Assembly (NCBI RefSeq): GCF_009914755.1
Contig: NC_060936.1
From: the human T2T-CHM13v2.0 reference genome, Homo sapiens
Length of the DNA: 64,000 bases
Reading direction: 5' to 3' (one strand)
In this document: piece by piece, positions 16,273 to 28,150 of the stretch
How positions within the stretch are numbered: the stretch's first letter is position 1
Layout: each line of letters opens with the position of its first letter
Translations under genes and position numbers: made by a program
The notes under the pieces: generated by a model
The model's database searches: none
What the model saw: the letters and a program-made list of their open reading frames with translations, nothing else
Told to the model about the DNA's origin: nothing

Positions 16273-16840
16273 GATGGTAATGTGTGTGGCCTTGGACAAT
16301 TTACCTGTCTGTGCTACAGTTCCCTTATCTCTGAAACAAGTACTTGCATACTAGAGTTTTAAAGCTTAGGTGAAATGATGTAGGAAGAAAATTTATATCC
16401 CAGCTTCAGGCACATTGTATGCTCTTAATAAATGTGTACTAGTGATTTTTAGAGATGCTTTGCTCATGAAACATTCCATTCAAATGACTCATGTTCAGAA
16501 GCCCAGTCTGGAAGAATAGTAAAATGTTTTCCTGGTTGAAGTATATTTGGGAACCCTTGAGATTGCTCCTAGAAACCCTCAAGATCACTCAGAGTTCACT
16601 TGGAAAGCCACCAGTTTACCGTAATTTATGATATTCCAATCCACTTCACAGATTAGAAAAAAATCTTCCTTTCTGAGTTACTTTCTGGAAGCTGTCCAGC
16701 TAAGACATGGCCAATTTGTATCCTCATCTTTGAGGCAGAGATGAAAGCAAAGTTCAAATTTCCTTAGTTCATATTCTTTAATCTTTCATTTTGCCACTAT
16801 TCGTGAATAAGGCCAGAAAAAAAGCCCATTCAGCTAGAAC

Positions 16841-17649
16841 TGTTACCAGTGGAATGCATCCCAGTTACCCCGAATTACTGGCAGAGAATCCATACATGTC
16901 TGCAGCAACTTTCGTTCTTCAGCCAAGGGGCATAAAGCAGAAGAAGGGACCAAGGCAGGCTTCAGAGCAAGGGTGGAAATTTACTTCAAAAGGCTTTAGA
17001 ATAGGAAAGAAAGAAAGGTGCGCTTGGAGGAGACCATGTAAAGGTTAAAAAGAGCATTTAACCTTGATCCTAGGGCTTTCTTTCTTTTTTTTTTTTCCAC
17101 ACAAAACAAATTGATTTTATTGTGAGATAGATTTTCTCAGAATAGCCAAGATCTTATAAAAACATTATCTTCTTTTAAAAATTATACTTTAAGTTCTGGG
17201 GTACATGTACAGAATGTGCCGTTTTATTACATAGGTATACACGTGCCACGGTGGTTTGGGGATCACCTCTTTCCCATGATTCTTCTCTTAGGTGGGCTTC
17301 CTGCATGCTCAGTGCCCACCTTACCCTTGGGAATTGAGCGTGTGCAGTGCATTTAGGAAGTTGTACATATGCCCATCTGAGGCTTTTTACCTTTTTTCTG
17401 GTGGAGTGTCCCTGAGAGGTCATACTTCACCATCTTGTTTCTTAATGCTCATGCCCAGGAAGTTTCTGCTTCCTGGCATCTGCATTCAATTAGCACTTTA
17501 ATATTAATAGCTGTGAAACATCAGGAGATTGTCTTTCCCTGGCTTTAGAGAGGTAGTGTGATAATTATCGAACCATCACCTGATATTCCTAGTGGGTGGC
17601 GGGAGAGCCCTCTGCTGCCTTGCTGATGCCTGTCTAACTACCTGTAACA
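16841..17649 (-). mobile_element. MER50 solo LTR containing a short L1-derived insertion
   Basis: Minus strand starts TGTTACAGGTAGTTAGACAGGCATCAGC; TSD GAAC/GAAT. Confidence 0.85.
17077..17258 (-). mobile_element. Ultra-short L1PA 3' end (17181-17258) plus non-L1 flank (17097-17180) and poly(A): probable 3' transduction
   Basis: ATTATACTTTAAGTTCTGGGGTACATG...GGTGGTTTG is an antisense L1PA 3' end; AATAAA on minus at 17116-17121, 19 nt before the tail. Confidence 0.75.
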
Positions 17650-17854
17650 GAATGGCCTAGTACTTAGTGGAAAGGGCACTGAACTTGTAATTTAGATATG
17701 AGATCCTCTACAGATCTGCCATAGTTTGCTACGTATCAGCTGAGTTAATCTTGGATGTTTATATAACTCCTCTGGGTCTCAGTTTCCTGATTTGTGAAAT
17801 AGGTTTAATGCTTTTGACACAGTGTTGTGAGAATGTGATAATATCAATATACTT

Positions 17855-18432
17855 ACTACCGGGCAAGGTGTCAGAGCCCCAGCATCAGGAAGTGGTCCAT
17901 TTGCAGGTTGGTAGAAAGAATTTACTGACAAAACTATAGGTCTGAAAAAGGAAAGTTTCTTAGAAAGAAAGAACACTGTAAAAGGGTGCAGTGGAGTGCC
18001 TCAGAGAGACAGGAGTGAGTGCGCCATGGTAGATATTCCTTAGGAGCATTTATGGACCTTAAGGCGGGAGCCGAGGGGTTATTTTGACCATATTGGCCAC
18101 ATAGGTCATGAGAAATGATTGCATTTGTAGACATTTTGGTGCCTTAATGCCAGCAAGGGTTGCACACTGAATTTTGGCATGCCATTTTGGAGATGTGCAA
18201 GAATTCTAGTTACTTATAATATTTACATTGAAAAGTGGCCTGGAACCAGATGCTGACTTTAGATACTAGAGAAGTTTAATTCCTTCTAAATTCCCAGATA
18301 AGGAGTTTTGCTTCTGGATGGCCTGTTTGATGGTCACCAGGTGGTCTTTGCTCCCTTCTAAATTCTTCAGATAAGGAATTTTTGTCTCTAGTGGCCTGTT
18401 TAATGGTCACCGGGTGACTTTTGCTCTCCTCA
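17855..18432 (-). mobile_element. ERV1 solo LTR (MER66-like), inserted into a MIR
   Basis: Minus strand starts TGAGGAGAGCAAAAGTCACC; internal ~73-bp repeat at 18282-18426. Confidence 0.65.
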
Positions 18433-18796
18433 CATACCTAAGGCTGTACCTGGTACATAGACACTCAATAGATGCTAGTAATGCTAATTTCCAATCTAGT
18501 TTTATTACATCATTTGAAGTGGTGGACAAATTTTATTCACTACATATTGTTTAGTGAATAAAGATATTCTCAGCTTCAGTTCGGCCATCTCCAATACATA
18601 AGTTAGAAAAGTTGTACTAGGAAGCATATCAAGGAAATGAGATTGAACATAACTTATTGACACTGTGTAAAATTTAAATTTGGAATAAACAGGAATACTC
18701 TTCATATATAGCTAAAACTATGTGGCTCTTCTCTATTTGCATAAAATTTTCATTTTCCTTAATATTTAGTAAATCTATGGAAGCAGCAGAGTCACA

Positions 18797-19450
18797 TGTA
18801 CGGTATTCTACATGATACCGCTGAGGATGGTGCACTGACATGCTGAGTATGTTGAACTAAAGAAATAGTTTCAGAACCAAGGTCTCTCTGAAATTCTCCT
18901 GCCTCCCTGTCTCTCACCCTCTGCTTCTCCCAAAGCACAGGAAGGGACTTTCTATGATATTCTCTTATCTTACTGAGAAAAGTTCTTCCAGAAGGAATGT
19001 GATTGGTGTGAGCCCCCTCCATTAAATCTACATTAAGCCTAGCTGACTAACTCCTTTTGAAGAGGAGACTAGAGTTCTCCACGCCCAGGACACCATGTCC
19101 AGATAGACTTTTTCACCCCTTTTTCTGTGGACCATTACCTGAGAGACCTTATCTGCATAATAAGACACTTTTTGTTCACAGTCTAGTTCTTCCCTGCACC
19201 CTCCCCTAACCTGTTGCCACCACCCTCCAGGAGTCTTCAAGGCTTTGATTCTTTCTGTTGCTCAAAATGCTATTTAAGCTTCAACCATCCGGCCCTTCTT
19301 TGCCTCTTATACTTTGTGAGACCCTCATTTATACGCACATAATAAATTTGTATGCCTTTTCTCTTGCTAATCTGTCCACTGTCAAGTTTATTTCTCAGAC
19401 TCAAATATTAAAGCTCTGCAGGAGAGATAAAAAGTTCTCTCACCCCTACA
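18797..19450 (+). mobile_element. ERV1 MER4-group solo LTR (MER34-related)
   Basis: AATAAATTTGTATGCCTTTTCTC...CCCCTACA terminus. Confidence 0.65.
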
Positions 19451-19796
19451 TGGTACTTACATTATGCTTAGGGATCTTACTTTACTGATTCATCTCATTA
19501 ATCTGAAAATTTCAGGTTAAAAATAGTAGCATTTCTAAAGTCATTTTATTATTTTTGGAGAGTTTTAGTATACCTTATGTGGTCAGTACATTGCAGTGAG
19601 AATCAGCATTTTAGTGAAAAATACATTGCAAATTCCTCAATCCATGAAAAGGCTTTATATGTTGATAATTAATGATATCTAGTAGAAAATCTACCCATGT
19701 AGAGGTTCTTCCAGAGGTTGAAATTTTTGCTGATTCTACTTTTTATTTGAGGGAGGGTGGTTTGTCATAAATTTTGGAAATCTGTACTGTTTTTCT

Positions 19797-19938
19797 TTCT
19801 TTCTTTTTTTTTTTTGAGACGATGTCTTGCTGTCACCCAGGCTGGAGTGCAGTGGCGCGATCTCAGCTCACTGCAGGCTCCACCCTCTGGGATTCACGCC
19901 ATTCTCCTGCCTCAGCCTTCCAAGTAGCTGGGACTGCA
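19797..19938 (-). mobile_element. 5'-truncated AluY-like right arm
   Basis: TTCACGCCATTCTCCTGCC (AluY-like); 14-bp TSD TGTACTGT(T/C)TTTCT at 19783-19796 and 19939-19952. Confidence 0.88.
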
Positions 19939-20143
19939 TGTACTGTCTTTCTTGAAGATGCCTCACTGTCAAATTATTTCTAATAAATTTTTATGTATAT
20001 AGTCTCACATTTCTAGAGATTTAGTTTTTATTTGAAATCAGAAGACCTAGATTTGTGTTATTTCTTCAACTTTCTAGCCATATGACCTTATATAAATCAC
20101 TTAGCCTTTCTAAAACTAAATTACCGAATCTTGAAAATGGAAA

Positions 20144-20614
20144 TGTAAACCAAAAAATATCTGAGACATGTCTCAATCAATTTAGAATTTTATTTTGCCA
20201 AGGTTAAGGGCAATGCCTGGACAAAATAAACACAGAATCACAAAAACAGTCTGTGGTCTGTGTCTTTCTCCAAAGATGATTTTGAGGGCTTCAATATTTA
20301 AAGAGGAAAAGTGGGCTGGAGAAAAAAAGAGAGAGGGTATGGTCATATTATTGAATCCACATATTGCAAGAGAAATGGAGCAGTCAGGGGAACAGTCAAT
20401 TATGTATTTGTCTTGCACTTGGTAAATCTGGCACTTTACCTAAGGTAAAGTGAATATAGAGTAGCTACTTATGGAGATATTTAACCTTTTATATGCAGCT
20501 ATCTGCTTAGTAATGAAAGAAAAGGCAGCTTCTGACATGACCCAGCTTTCAGTTTAATTTTTTTTTTTTTTTGCACAGTGAATTGGGGTCCCAAGTTTTT
20601 ATTTTCCTTTCACT
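20144..20614 (-). mobile_element. MER4A-type solo LTR inserted in a MIR
   Basis: TGTAAACCAAAAAATATCTGAGACATGTCTCAATCAATTTAG...GGGGTCCCAAG...TTTCCTTTCAC. Confidence 0.85.
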
Positions 20615-20999
20615 ATGATAATGAACTCAGTATTTTCACTGGATTATTACAATTCAAGAAATGGGAATAATGTTAAGGAGTGTTTTGTAATTGCAAAGGG
20701 CTATGTAAATATATTGTCATTTCTTTCTTAGTTTGCAAAGGGATGAGGAAAAAGTAAGTAGCTATGACTTTTCTCTGACAAGGAGGAATTTCTTTCATTT
20801 TTCTTATGATATGCTGATATTTCTGCATCCTTCTAAATCCAGGTATTCTAGAAACCAGAGAAGTAAATATAATTTAAGATCCCAGGTCAACAATATTTAG
20901 TTTGATGCATAGATGTGAAGTTTTAGTGCATGATACAGATCTAGCATCTAGCCTGTCACATACTAGTTTTGTTCACTTGGATAATCCACAGATGACTTT

Positions 21000-21520
21000 T
21001 AAAGTATTTATTGTGTTCATATCATTACACTATGAGGTAAAGATGAGACAGTACCAATCTCGCTTTCAAGGAATTTATATTCTTAGTGGGATAAAAAGAA
21101 TTATATAATGAGAAATTAGGAAACGGTGATTATTGCACCAAAAATCATAAATAAAAAAGCCAAGGGATTTCCAAGGGAAGAATGATTACATTTGTTGTGA
21201 GGACTCACAAACATTTGACATTTGAGATTGACTGGAATGAGAAGATAAGATTTGTAAGATAGGCAGGGAAAAACAGTATAGAGATGACAACTATAAGGAG
21301 TGTTTGGAGAGTAGAAAGGACCTAGTTTTAAATGAAGAATATAATAGCAAATTGAGATGTACGGAGACAAAATTTTGAAAAAACATATAGTGGCCATATT
21401 ATGGAAGAACTTAAATAACAATGAAAAAAATTTTCTCTTAATTTTTAGGCAACACATAGTCTTTGAATATTTTTGATCTGGAAAGTAGCATAGGCAGAGA
21501 TATAAATTGCTGACTGATAA
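21000..21520 (-). mobile_element. L2 3' fragment
   Basis: TATTTATTG...CTTTCAAGGAATTTATATTCTTAGTGGG and purine-rich L2 antisense body. Confidence 0.55.
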
Positions 21521-21676
21521 GATGAAAAGGGTTGGAAAAGACTTGATGTATATTATAGTTTTGAGCCAGGGTACTTTGGCCCATAAGCATTTTGGTTGTA
21601 AGGAAAAGAGAGTTATTTGAAATACCTTATAGAAAAGAATAAGAATTAGAAGTGGAACCAAAAAGCCATAAGGGAC

Positions 21677-24325
21677 TGATAGGGTTTGACTGTGTTCCCA
21701 CCCAAAATCTCATCTTGAATTGTAATCCAAATTATAATTCCCACGTGTTGGAAAAGGGACCTCATGGGAGTTGAGTAGATCATGGAGGTGGTTCCTCCAT
21801 GCTGTTCTCATTGATAGTGAGTGAGTTATCATGAAATCCGATGATTTTATAAGGGGCTTCCCCACCTCACTTTGCACCTCTCTCTCCTGCCACCATGTGA
21901 AGAAGGATGTGTTTGCTTCCCCTTCTGCCACAATTGCAAATTTCCTGAGGCTTCCCCAGCCATGCAGAACTGTGAGTCAATTAAACCTCTTTTTTTTTTT
22001 TTTTGTAAATTACCCAGTCCCAGGCAGTTCTTTATGGCAGAGTGAGAATGGAGTAATACAGTAAATTGGTCCTGAGGGAGTGGGGTGCTATAAAGATACC
22101 CCAAAATGTGGAAGTGACCTTGGAACTGGGTAACAGGCAGAGGTTGGAACAGTTTGGAGGGCTCAGAAGAAGACAGGAAAACGTGGGAAAAGTTTGGAAC
22201 TTCCTAGAGATTTGGAGGGCTCCATAGACAGGAAAATATGGGAAAGTCAGGAAGTTCCTAGAGACTTCTTGAATGGTTGGACCAAAATGCTGTTAGTGAA
22301 TGTGGAAAATGAAGTCCAGGCTGAGGTGGCCTCAGATGAAGATGAGGAACTTCTTGGGAACTGGAGCAAAGGTGACTCTTGCTATGCTTAGCAAAGAGAC
22401 TGGTGTCATTTTTTCCCCTGCCCTAGAGCTCTGTGGAACTTTGAACTTGAGAGAGATGACATAGGGTATCTGGCAGAAGAAATATCCAAGTGGCAAAGCA
22501 TTCAAGAGGAGGCAGAACGTAAAAGTTTGGAAAACATTGGCTGGGTGCGGCGGTTCATGCCTGTAATCCCAGCACTTTGGGAGGCCAAGGCGGGCAGATC
22601 ATGAGGTCAGGAGATCGAGAACATCCTGGCTAACACAGTGAAACCCCCGTCTCTACTAAAAATACAAAACATTAGCCAGGTGTGGTGGTGGGCCCCTGTA
22701 GTCCCAGCTACTCAGGAGGCTGAGGCAGGAGAATGGCATGAACCAGGAGGTGGAGCTTGCAGTGAGCAGAGATTGCACCACTGCACTGCAGCCTGGGTGA
22801 CGCAGCAAAACTCCATCTCAAAAAAAAAAAAAAAAAAAGTGTGGAAAACATGCAGCTGGACCATGAGATAGAAAGGAAAAACCCATTTTCTGAGGAGAAA
22901 TTCAAGCTGGCTGCAGAAGTTTGCATAAGTAATGAGGAGCCAAATGCCACTTGCCAAGACAATGGGGAAAATGTCTCCAGGGTTTGTCAGAGACCTTTGC
23001 AGCAGCTGCTCCCATCGCAGGCCAAGAGGCCTGGGAGGGAAAAATGATTTCCTGGGCCAAACCCAGTGCCCCTTGCTCTATGCAGCCTTAGGACATAGCA
23101 TCATGTGTCCCAGCTGCTTCGACTCCAGCCATGGCTAAAAGGGGCCAAGAAACATGTTGGGCTGTTGCTTCAGAGAGTGCAAGCCCACAGCCTTGGTGGC
23201 TTACATGTGGTGTTGGGCCTGTGGGTGCACAGAAGTCAAAAATTAATGTTTGGGAACCTCCACCCAGATTTCAGAGGATGTATAGAAATGCCTGGATGTC
23301 CAGGAAGAAGTTTGCTGCAGGGGCAGAGCCTTCATGGAGAAACTCTGCTAGGGCAGTGCAGAAGGGAAATGTGGGGTGGGAGCCCCCAACACAGAGTTCC
23401 CACTGGACACCACCTGGTGGATCTGTGAGAAGAAGACCACTATCCTCCAGACCCCAGAATGGTAGATCCACCAACAGCTTGCACCATGTGCCTGGAAAAG
23501 CTGCAGACACTCAATGGCAGCCTGTGAAAGCAGCCTGGAGGGAGACTGTCCCTACAAAGCCACAGAGGCAGAGCTGCCCGAGGCCATGGGAGCCCACCTT
23601 TTGCATCAGTGTGACCTGGATATGAGACATAGGAGATCATTTTGGAACTTTAAGATTTAATGACTGTGCAGCTGGATTTCAGACTTGTATGGGACTGTAG
23701 CCCCTTTATTTTGGCTAATTTCTCCCATTAGAAATGGGAACATTTACTCAATGCCTGTACCCCAACTATATCTAGGAAGTAACTAACTTTCTTTTGATTT
23801 TACATGCTCATAGGTGGAAGACACTTGCCTTGTCTCAGATAAGACTTTGGGTTAATGCTGGAATGAGTTAAGACTTTGGGGTACCATTGGAAAGACATTA
23901 TTGTGTTTTGAAATGTGAGGACATGAGACTTTGAAGGGTCCAGGGGTGGAATAATATGGTTTGGCTTTGTCCCTACCCAAAATCTCATCTTGAATAGTAA
24001 TCCAACTTATAATCCCCATGTGTTGGGGGAGGGACCTTGTGGGAGGTGATTAGATCATGGGGGTGGTTCCTCCATGCTGTTCTCATGATAGTAAATGAGT
24101 TCTCATGTGATCTGGTGGTTTTATAAGGGGTGTTCTCCCTTTGCTCCACACTTCTCTCTCCTGCCACTGTGAAGAAGGATGTGTTTGCTTCCCCTTCCAC
24201 CATGATTGTAAATTTCCTGAGACCTCCCCAGCCTTGTGGAACTGTGAGTCAGTTAAATCTCTTTCCTTTATAAATTACCCAGTCTCAGGCAGTTCTTTAT
24301 AGCAGCATGAGAATGAACTAATACA
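21677..24325 (+). mobile_element. Full-length THE1 (C/D-like) MaLR: 5'LTR 21677-22060, internal region, 3'LTR 23952-24325
   Basis: Two homologous LTRs ending TAATACA; internal GTAAATTGGT...GGAACTGGGTAACAGGCAGAGG; purine tract before the 3'LTR; perfect TSD GGGAC. Confidence 0.93.
22539..22834 (+). mobile_element. AluY inside THE1 internal region
   Basis: GAGATCGAGAACATCCTGGCTAAC, GGAGAATGGCATGAACC, GGAGCTTGCAG; 17-bp TSD AAAAGT(T/G)TGGAAAACAT. Confidence 0.93.
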
Positions 24326-24743
24326 GGGACCAAGGAACTAAATTAACAAAAATTTCTCTTTTTTCTCTTTTTTATTCTTTCCTCCCTCTTTCCCTCCCTC
24401 CTGACGTCTCTGCTTTTCTTTATACTTCCATTGATTCTCTATTTTCTGTAAGTTGAATTTTTTTGTGTATTTAGTCTTCAGTCACTCTGACCTTTATCTA
24501 TATACTGCTTGTTATAATTCTTAATGCCTAGAAAAAAATTAAATTCATTGTTTTCATTCTTCTTAAGCAAGTCAAAGTAAATTAGGTTGCCTGCCAGGGT
24601 ATGGATAGCTTCCTTTGCATCTGGGGTCTAGGTCTAAACAATAGTGTCTGAGAGAGCTGGGGATGGTCATATGATCTAGTGTCCAAGCAATTGGACCTGT
24701 GAATGAGGATAGTTTCCGTGAAAAAGAAATATGGGTAGGGCAA

Positions 24744-24787
24744 GGTATCAATCAGTGTTCTAGCAGAGAAACAGAATGAGTAGGACT

Positions 24788-24837
<50 letters not shown>

Positions 24838-25198
24838 GTCTTGTATCTAACACAAGGAAGTCTCTTATGCTATTATGGGGACTGGCTAGGTAAATTTGAA
24901 ATCCATAGGGCAGGCTATCAAGAAGGACGGGCTGGAAATTCTCAGGCAGGAGCTGATGCTGCAGTCTAGAGGTAGAATTTCTGTTTTGTCAGAGAAACCT
25001 CAGTTTTGTTCTCCAGGCCTCTCATCTGTTTAGTTGAGGCCCCCTTAGAAAATTGAGGATAATTTCCTTTACTTAAAGTCAATTGATGGAAGATGCTAAT
25101 CACATCTACAAAATACCTTCACGGCAGCACCTAGGTTAGTTTTTGAATAGCAGGGGACCATAGCCTAGCCAAATTGACACATAAAACTAACTGTCACA
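24744..25198 (-). mobile_element. MLT2 solo LTR
   Basis: CAGAGAAACAGAA start; CCAAATTGACACATAAAACTAACTGTCACA end. Confidence 0.8.
24791..24837. repeat. (TATC)11 tetranucleotide STR
   Basis: 11 perfect TATC units plus TAT. Confidence 0.97.
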
Positions 25199-25554
25199 GG
25201 CAGACACTCCAAAACAGGCCTAATACATTGACTATACAAGAAGATGGAAGTGCAGTGTAAGAAAAAATATTGAGCCTGTTTTTGAACACATAGAGTTTTC
25301 AGTGTCCCTGAGTCATTGACACATTATTTTGTGCTTTTGTACAGTTTGTTCTAGATGATTTCTGAGGCTTCAGTTATAAAATAATTCCTATTATTATTGT
25401 GTGCAAAAACAATAGAGATGATTAACAAAAGGCAATTGTCATTGCAAAGAGAATAACCTTTCAGAATTAAAATTTTTTTCCTATTTTCCACCTCTTCCCA
25501 GAAGAATAGTAACAGAATGAATTAATTTTGGCTAAGAAATAAGGCATTCGGCTT

Positions 25555-25830
25555 GTCATTTACTCAGCACGCCATAGGCCATATACTATGTTAGATGCTA
25601 TAGATATGGATATGGAGAAACATGACTATAATCTAATGACTCTAGGAAAATTGATCATTTCAGTACATGTTACATTCTGTGAGAGAAATGTGCACAGCAC
25701 TGAGGAGTGGCATATGAATCAAGCCAGGGGTTCATGGAAGGCTTCCTGGGAGACAGATATTTTGAACTAAACCTGAAGGTCAGGATTTAGATAGGCAGAG
25801 AAGATGGCCACAGGAAGGGGCAGCTGCTGG
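25555..25830 (-). mobile_element. L2 fragment
   Basis: CATTTACTCAGCAC...GGAAGGCTTCCTGGGAG...CCTGAAGG L2 antisense motifs. Confidence 0.55.
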
Positions 25831-26962
25831 GAACAGAGAAACTTTGAGTAAACCTCTGCTATAGGCTGGTAAGGAGGACAGAAAAGTCAGACACTTTAGT
25901 GGGCTATTTAACTTTTTGAAAAGTGCTATAGGTTTGCAGGGAAAGAAATTAGTGTGTATGGGGGCAGTGAGAGAAGTTATGTGTCTTGATCAGAGACTTG
26001 AGAGAAGAGAAGGAATTTCTAGGTGCACTATGATGATGAGGGTAGCTGGGACAGGCACAACTGGAGGGTCATTTTAGGCAGAAGGTAGAAGACAGCAGGT
26101 TTAGGGGTGAGGAAGAGAGTGGATTATTCATTTACTTTTGGCTATGTTGTATCTTTCCAAACATTCTCACGGTAGAGAGAAATAGCCTTATTAGCCAGAC
26201 ACTGGGTCAAATTTCAAAGCTTGTGTATTCCATGACTGTCATTTTATGGTAATCATATTATGCAAAAAATTCTAAAGTGATAGGTAATTCGTTCCCTAGA
26301 TTTATTCATTCAGTTTCAAACAAAATTGTATTAAAATTCTTTTGTCCATTTTCTTTTGTTTTCCCTCCGTTGTTTTAGCTCTTTCATCTTGCAGAGTTTT
26401 CTGATTGTATTAATGTTTGCTTGGATGTCAATCTTGTTCAGTTTACTTAGCATACATAACATGCAGTTTCCAAATTGTGACTTGATTCCTGCAGTTCCAA
26501 TAATTCTCATTCATTCTTGTCATTTTAAATGTGATTGAAGGCAGAAAATTTACATGCTGCTGCATTAATGCATTTTGAAAGCTAACTTTGAAAATGTCAT
26601 TTGTTTATATATACAAACCTTAAACCATCCAAGGGTTTTTTGAGTAAGAAGAATTTTATCTGCTCAGGACATATTGCCATGTTGTTTTCATTTATGCAGC
26701 TTTGAACTATCAGCAACCAGCACATCTTCAGAACATCGAGATGAAGTAGATGGTAAACTTTGTGGAGTTGTGCTTGTTTGTTTGTGATTCTTTGTGCATC
26801 TGTGTGTGTATGTGTGTGTGCATGTGTTTTCAGTGGATTTGTCCAGTGAAGTAACATAGTGCTCCAGAGAAATATTAGTACATGGTTTTCTCCTTATTTT
26901 GTGTGCAAGTACTTTCTGTCCTATGTATGAAATAAGCTATGTGAATGTCCTTTGTATAACTA

Positions 26963-27064
26963 ATGCATCATATTATGGTGAAACACTACTTCTTTTCATT
27001 ATATTGAAAAAATATGCATCATATTATGGTGAAGCACTGCTTCTTTGCATTACATTGAAAAAAT
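26963..27064. repeat. 51-bp tandem duplication
   Basis: ATGCATCATATTATGGTGAA...TTGAAAAAAT twice, 4 mismatches. Confidence 0.93.
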
Positions 27065-27100
27065 ACTTCAGGCCTTGCACCTCTTACTGCAATAGAAATG

Positions 27101-27504
27101 TGCTGTGGTTTGAATGTGTCCCCTCCAAAATTCAGGTGTTCAAACTTAATGGCCAAATGACTAATATAACGCTATTAAGAGATATGGCCCTTAAGAGGTA
27201 ATTAGTCCATAATAGCTTTTCCCTTGCGAATGGGATTAGGTACCCCTGTAAAAGGACTTGACAGAGGGATTTTGTCTCTTTTTACCCTTCCACCTTATGC
27301 CATAGAGGACACAGCATTCTTCTCCTCTGAGGAGAACAGTGTGCAAGGTGCCATCCTGGAGGAGGAGACCAGACTCTTACCAGGTAATGAACCTGCCGGC
27401 ACCTTGATTTTGGACTTCACAACCTCTGGAACTGTGATAAATAATTTTACATTCTTCATTAATTACCCAGACTGATATTTTGTTATGGAAACACAGACTA
27501 GGAC
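27101..27504 (+). mobile_element. MaLR solo LTR (MSTD/MLT1A-like)
   Basis: TGCTGTGGTTTGAATGTGTCCCCTCCAAAATTCA start, CAGACTAGGACA end. Confidence 0.8.
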
Positions 27505-27572
27505 AAAATTATTTGTCCAAATTTAGTATTAAAATGGTTTTAGTGTAACTCCTCTCTTTCTTAGCTTTAATA

Positions 27573-27825
27573 TTTTCCTTCCTTCCTTCCCTCCCTCCCT
27601 CCCTCCTTCCTTCCTTCCTTCTTTTCTTTATTCCTTCCTTTCTTCCCTCCCTCCCTCCCCCTTCCTTCCTTCCCTCCTTCCTTCTTTCCTTCCCTCCCTC
27701 CTTCCTTCCTTCCCTCCCTCCTTCCTTCCCTTCTTCCCTCCTTTGTTCCTTTCTTCCTTCCCTTCCTTCCTTCCTTCCTTTTCTCCTTCCTCTCTTCTTG
27801 CTTCCTTCTTTTTTGCTTTTTCTTG
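27573..27825. repeat. Polypyrimidine (CCTT/CCCT)n tract
   Basis: About 250 bp almost exclusively C/T. Confidence 0.95.
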
Positions 27826-27939
27826 TCATTATTTCAGTGATTTCATTTCTCCTTTGCCTGTGCTGTCTTTTTAATATTTGCTACATACAAGGCTATACTC
27901 TTGACATTGTGAGAGTTATTAAGATAAAATAAATACTAC

Positions 27940-28150
27940 AAATAAGCACTTTTGAGTACTTATTATGGAGCAGGCATTCTTTCATATGTTTTAAATGTAT
28001 TAATTTATATAATCTTCACAACAATTGTATGAAGCAAATACTGTTATCATCTCCATTTTACAGATGAGAAAACTAAGTTTTAAGTCCAGTAATTGCGCAA
28101 GGCCCCACAGGAGTTAAGGGGCAAAGATTTAAACCCATATTTTTAATCAC
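27940..28150 (-). mobile_element. MIR
   Basis: CTCCATTTTACAGATGAGAAAACTAAG core. Confidence 0.8.

Noticed and set aside
21116-21661. 181-aa minus-strand ORF
   Set aside because: Hydrophobic low-complexity translation of an L2/AT-rich region; no recognisable domain or splice context
23105-23640. Overlapping ORFs up to 164 aa
   Set aside because: Fragments of the THE1 internal region; not a host gene
27509-27829. 106-aa K/E/G/R-rich ORF
   Set aside because: Translation of the (CCTT)n tract
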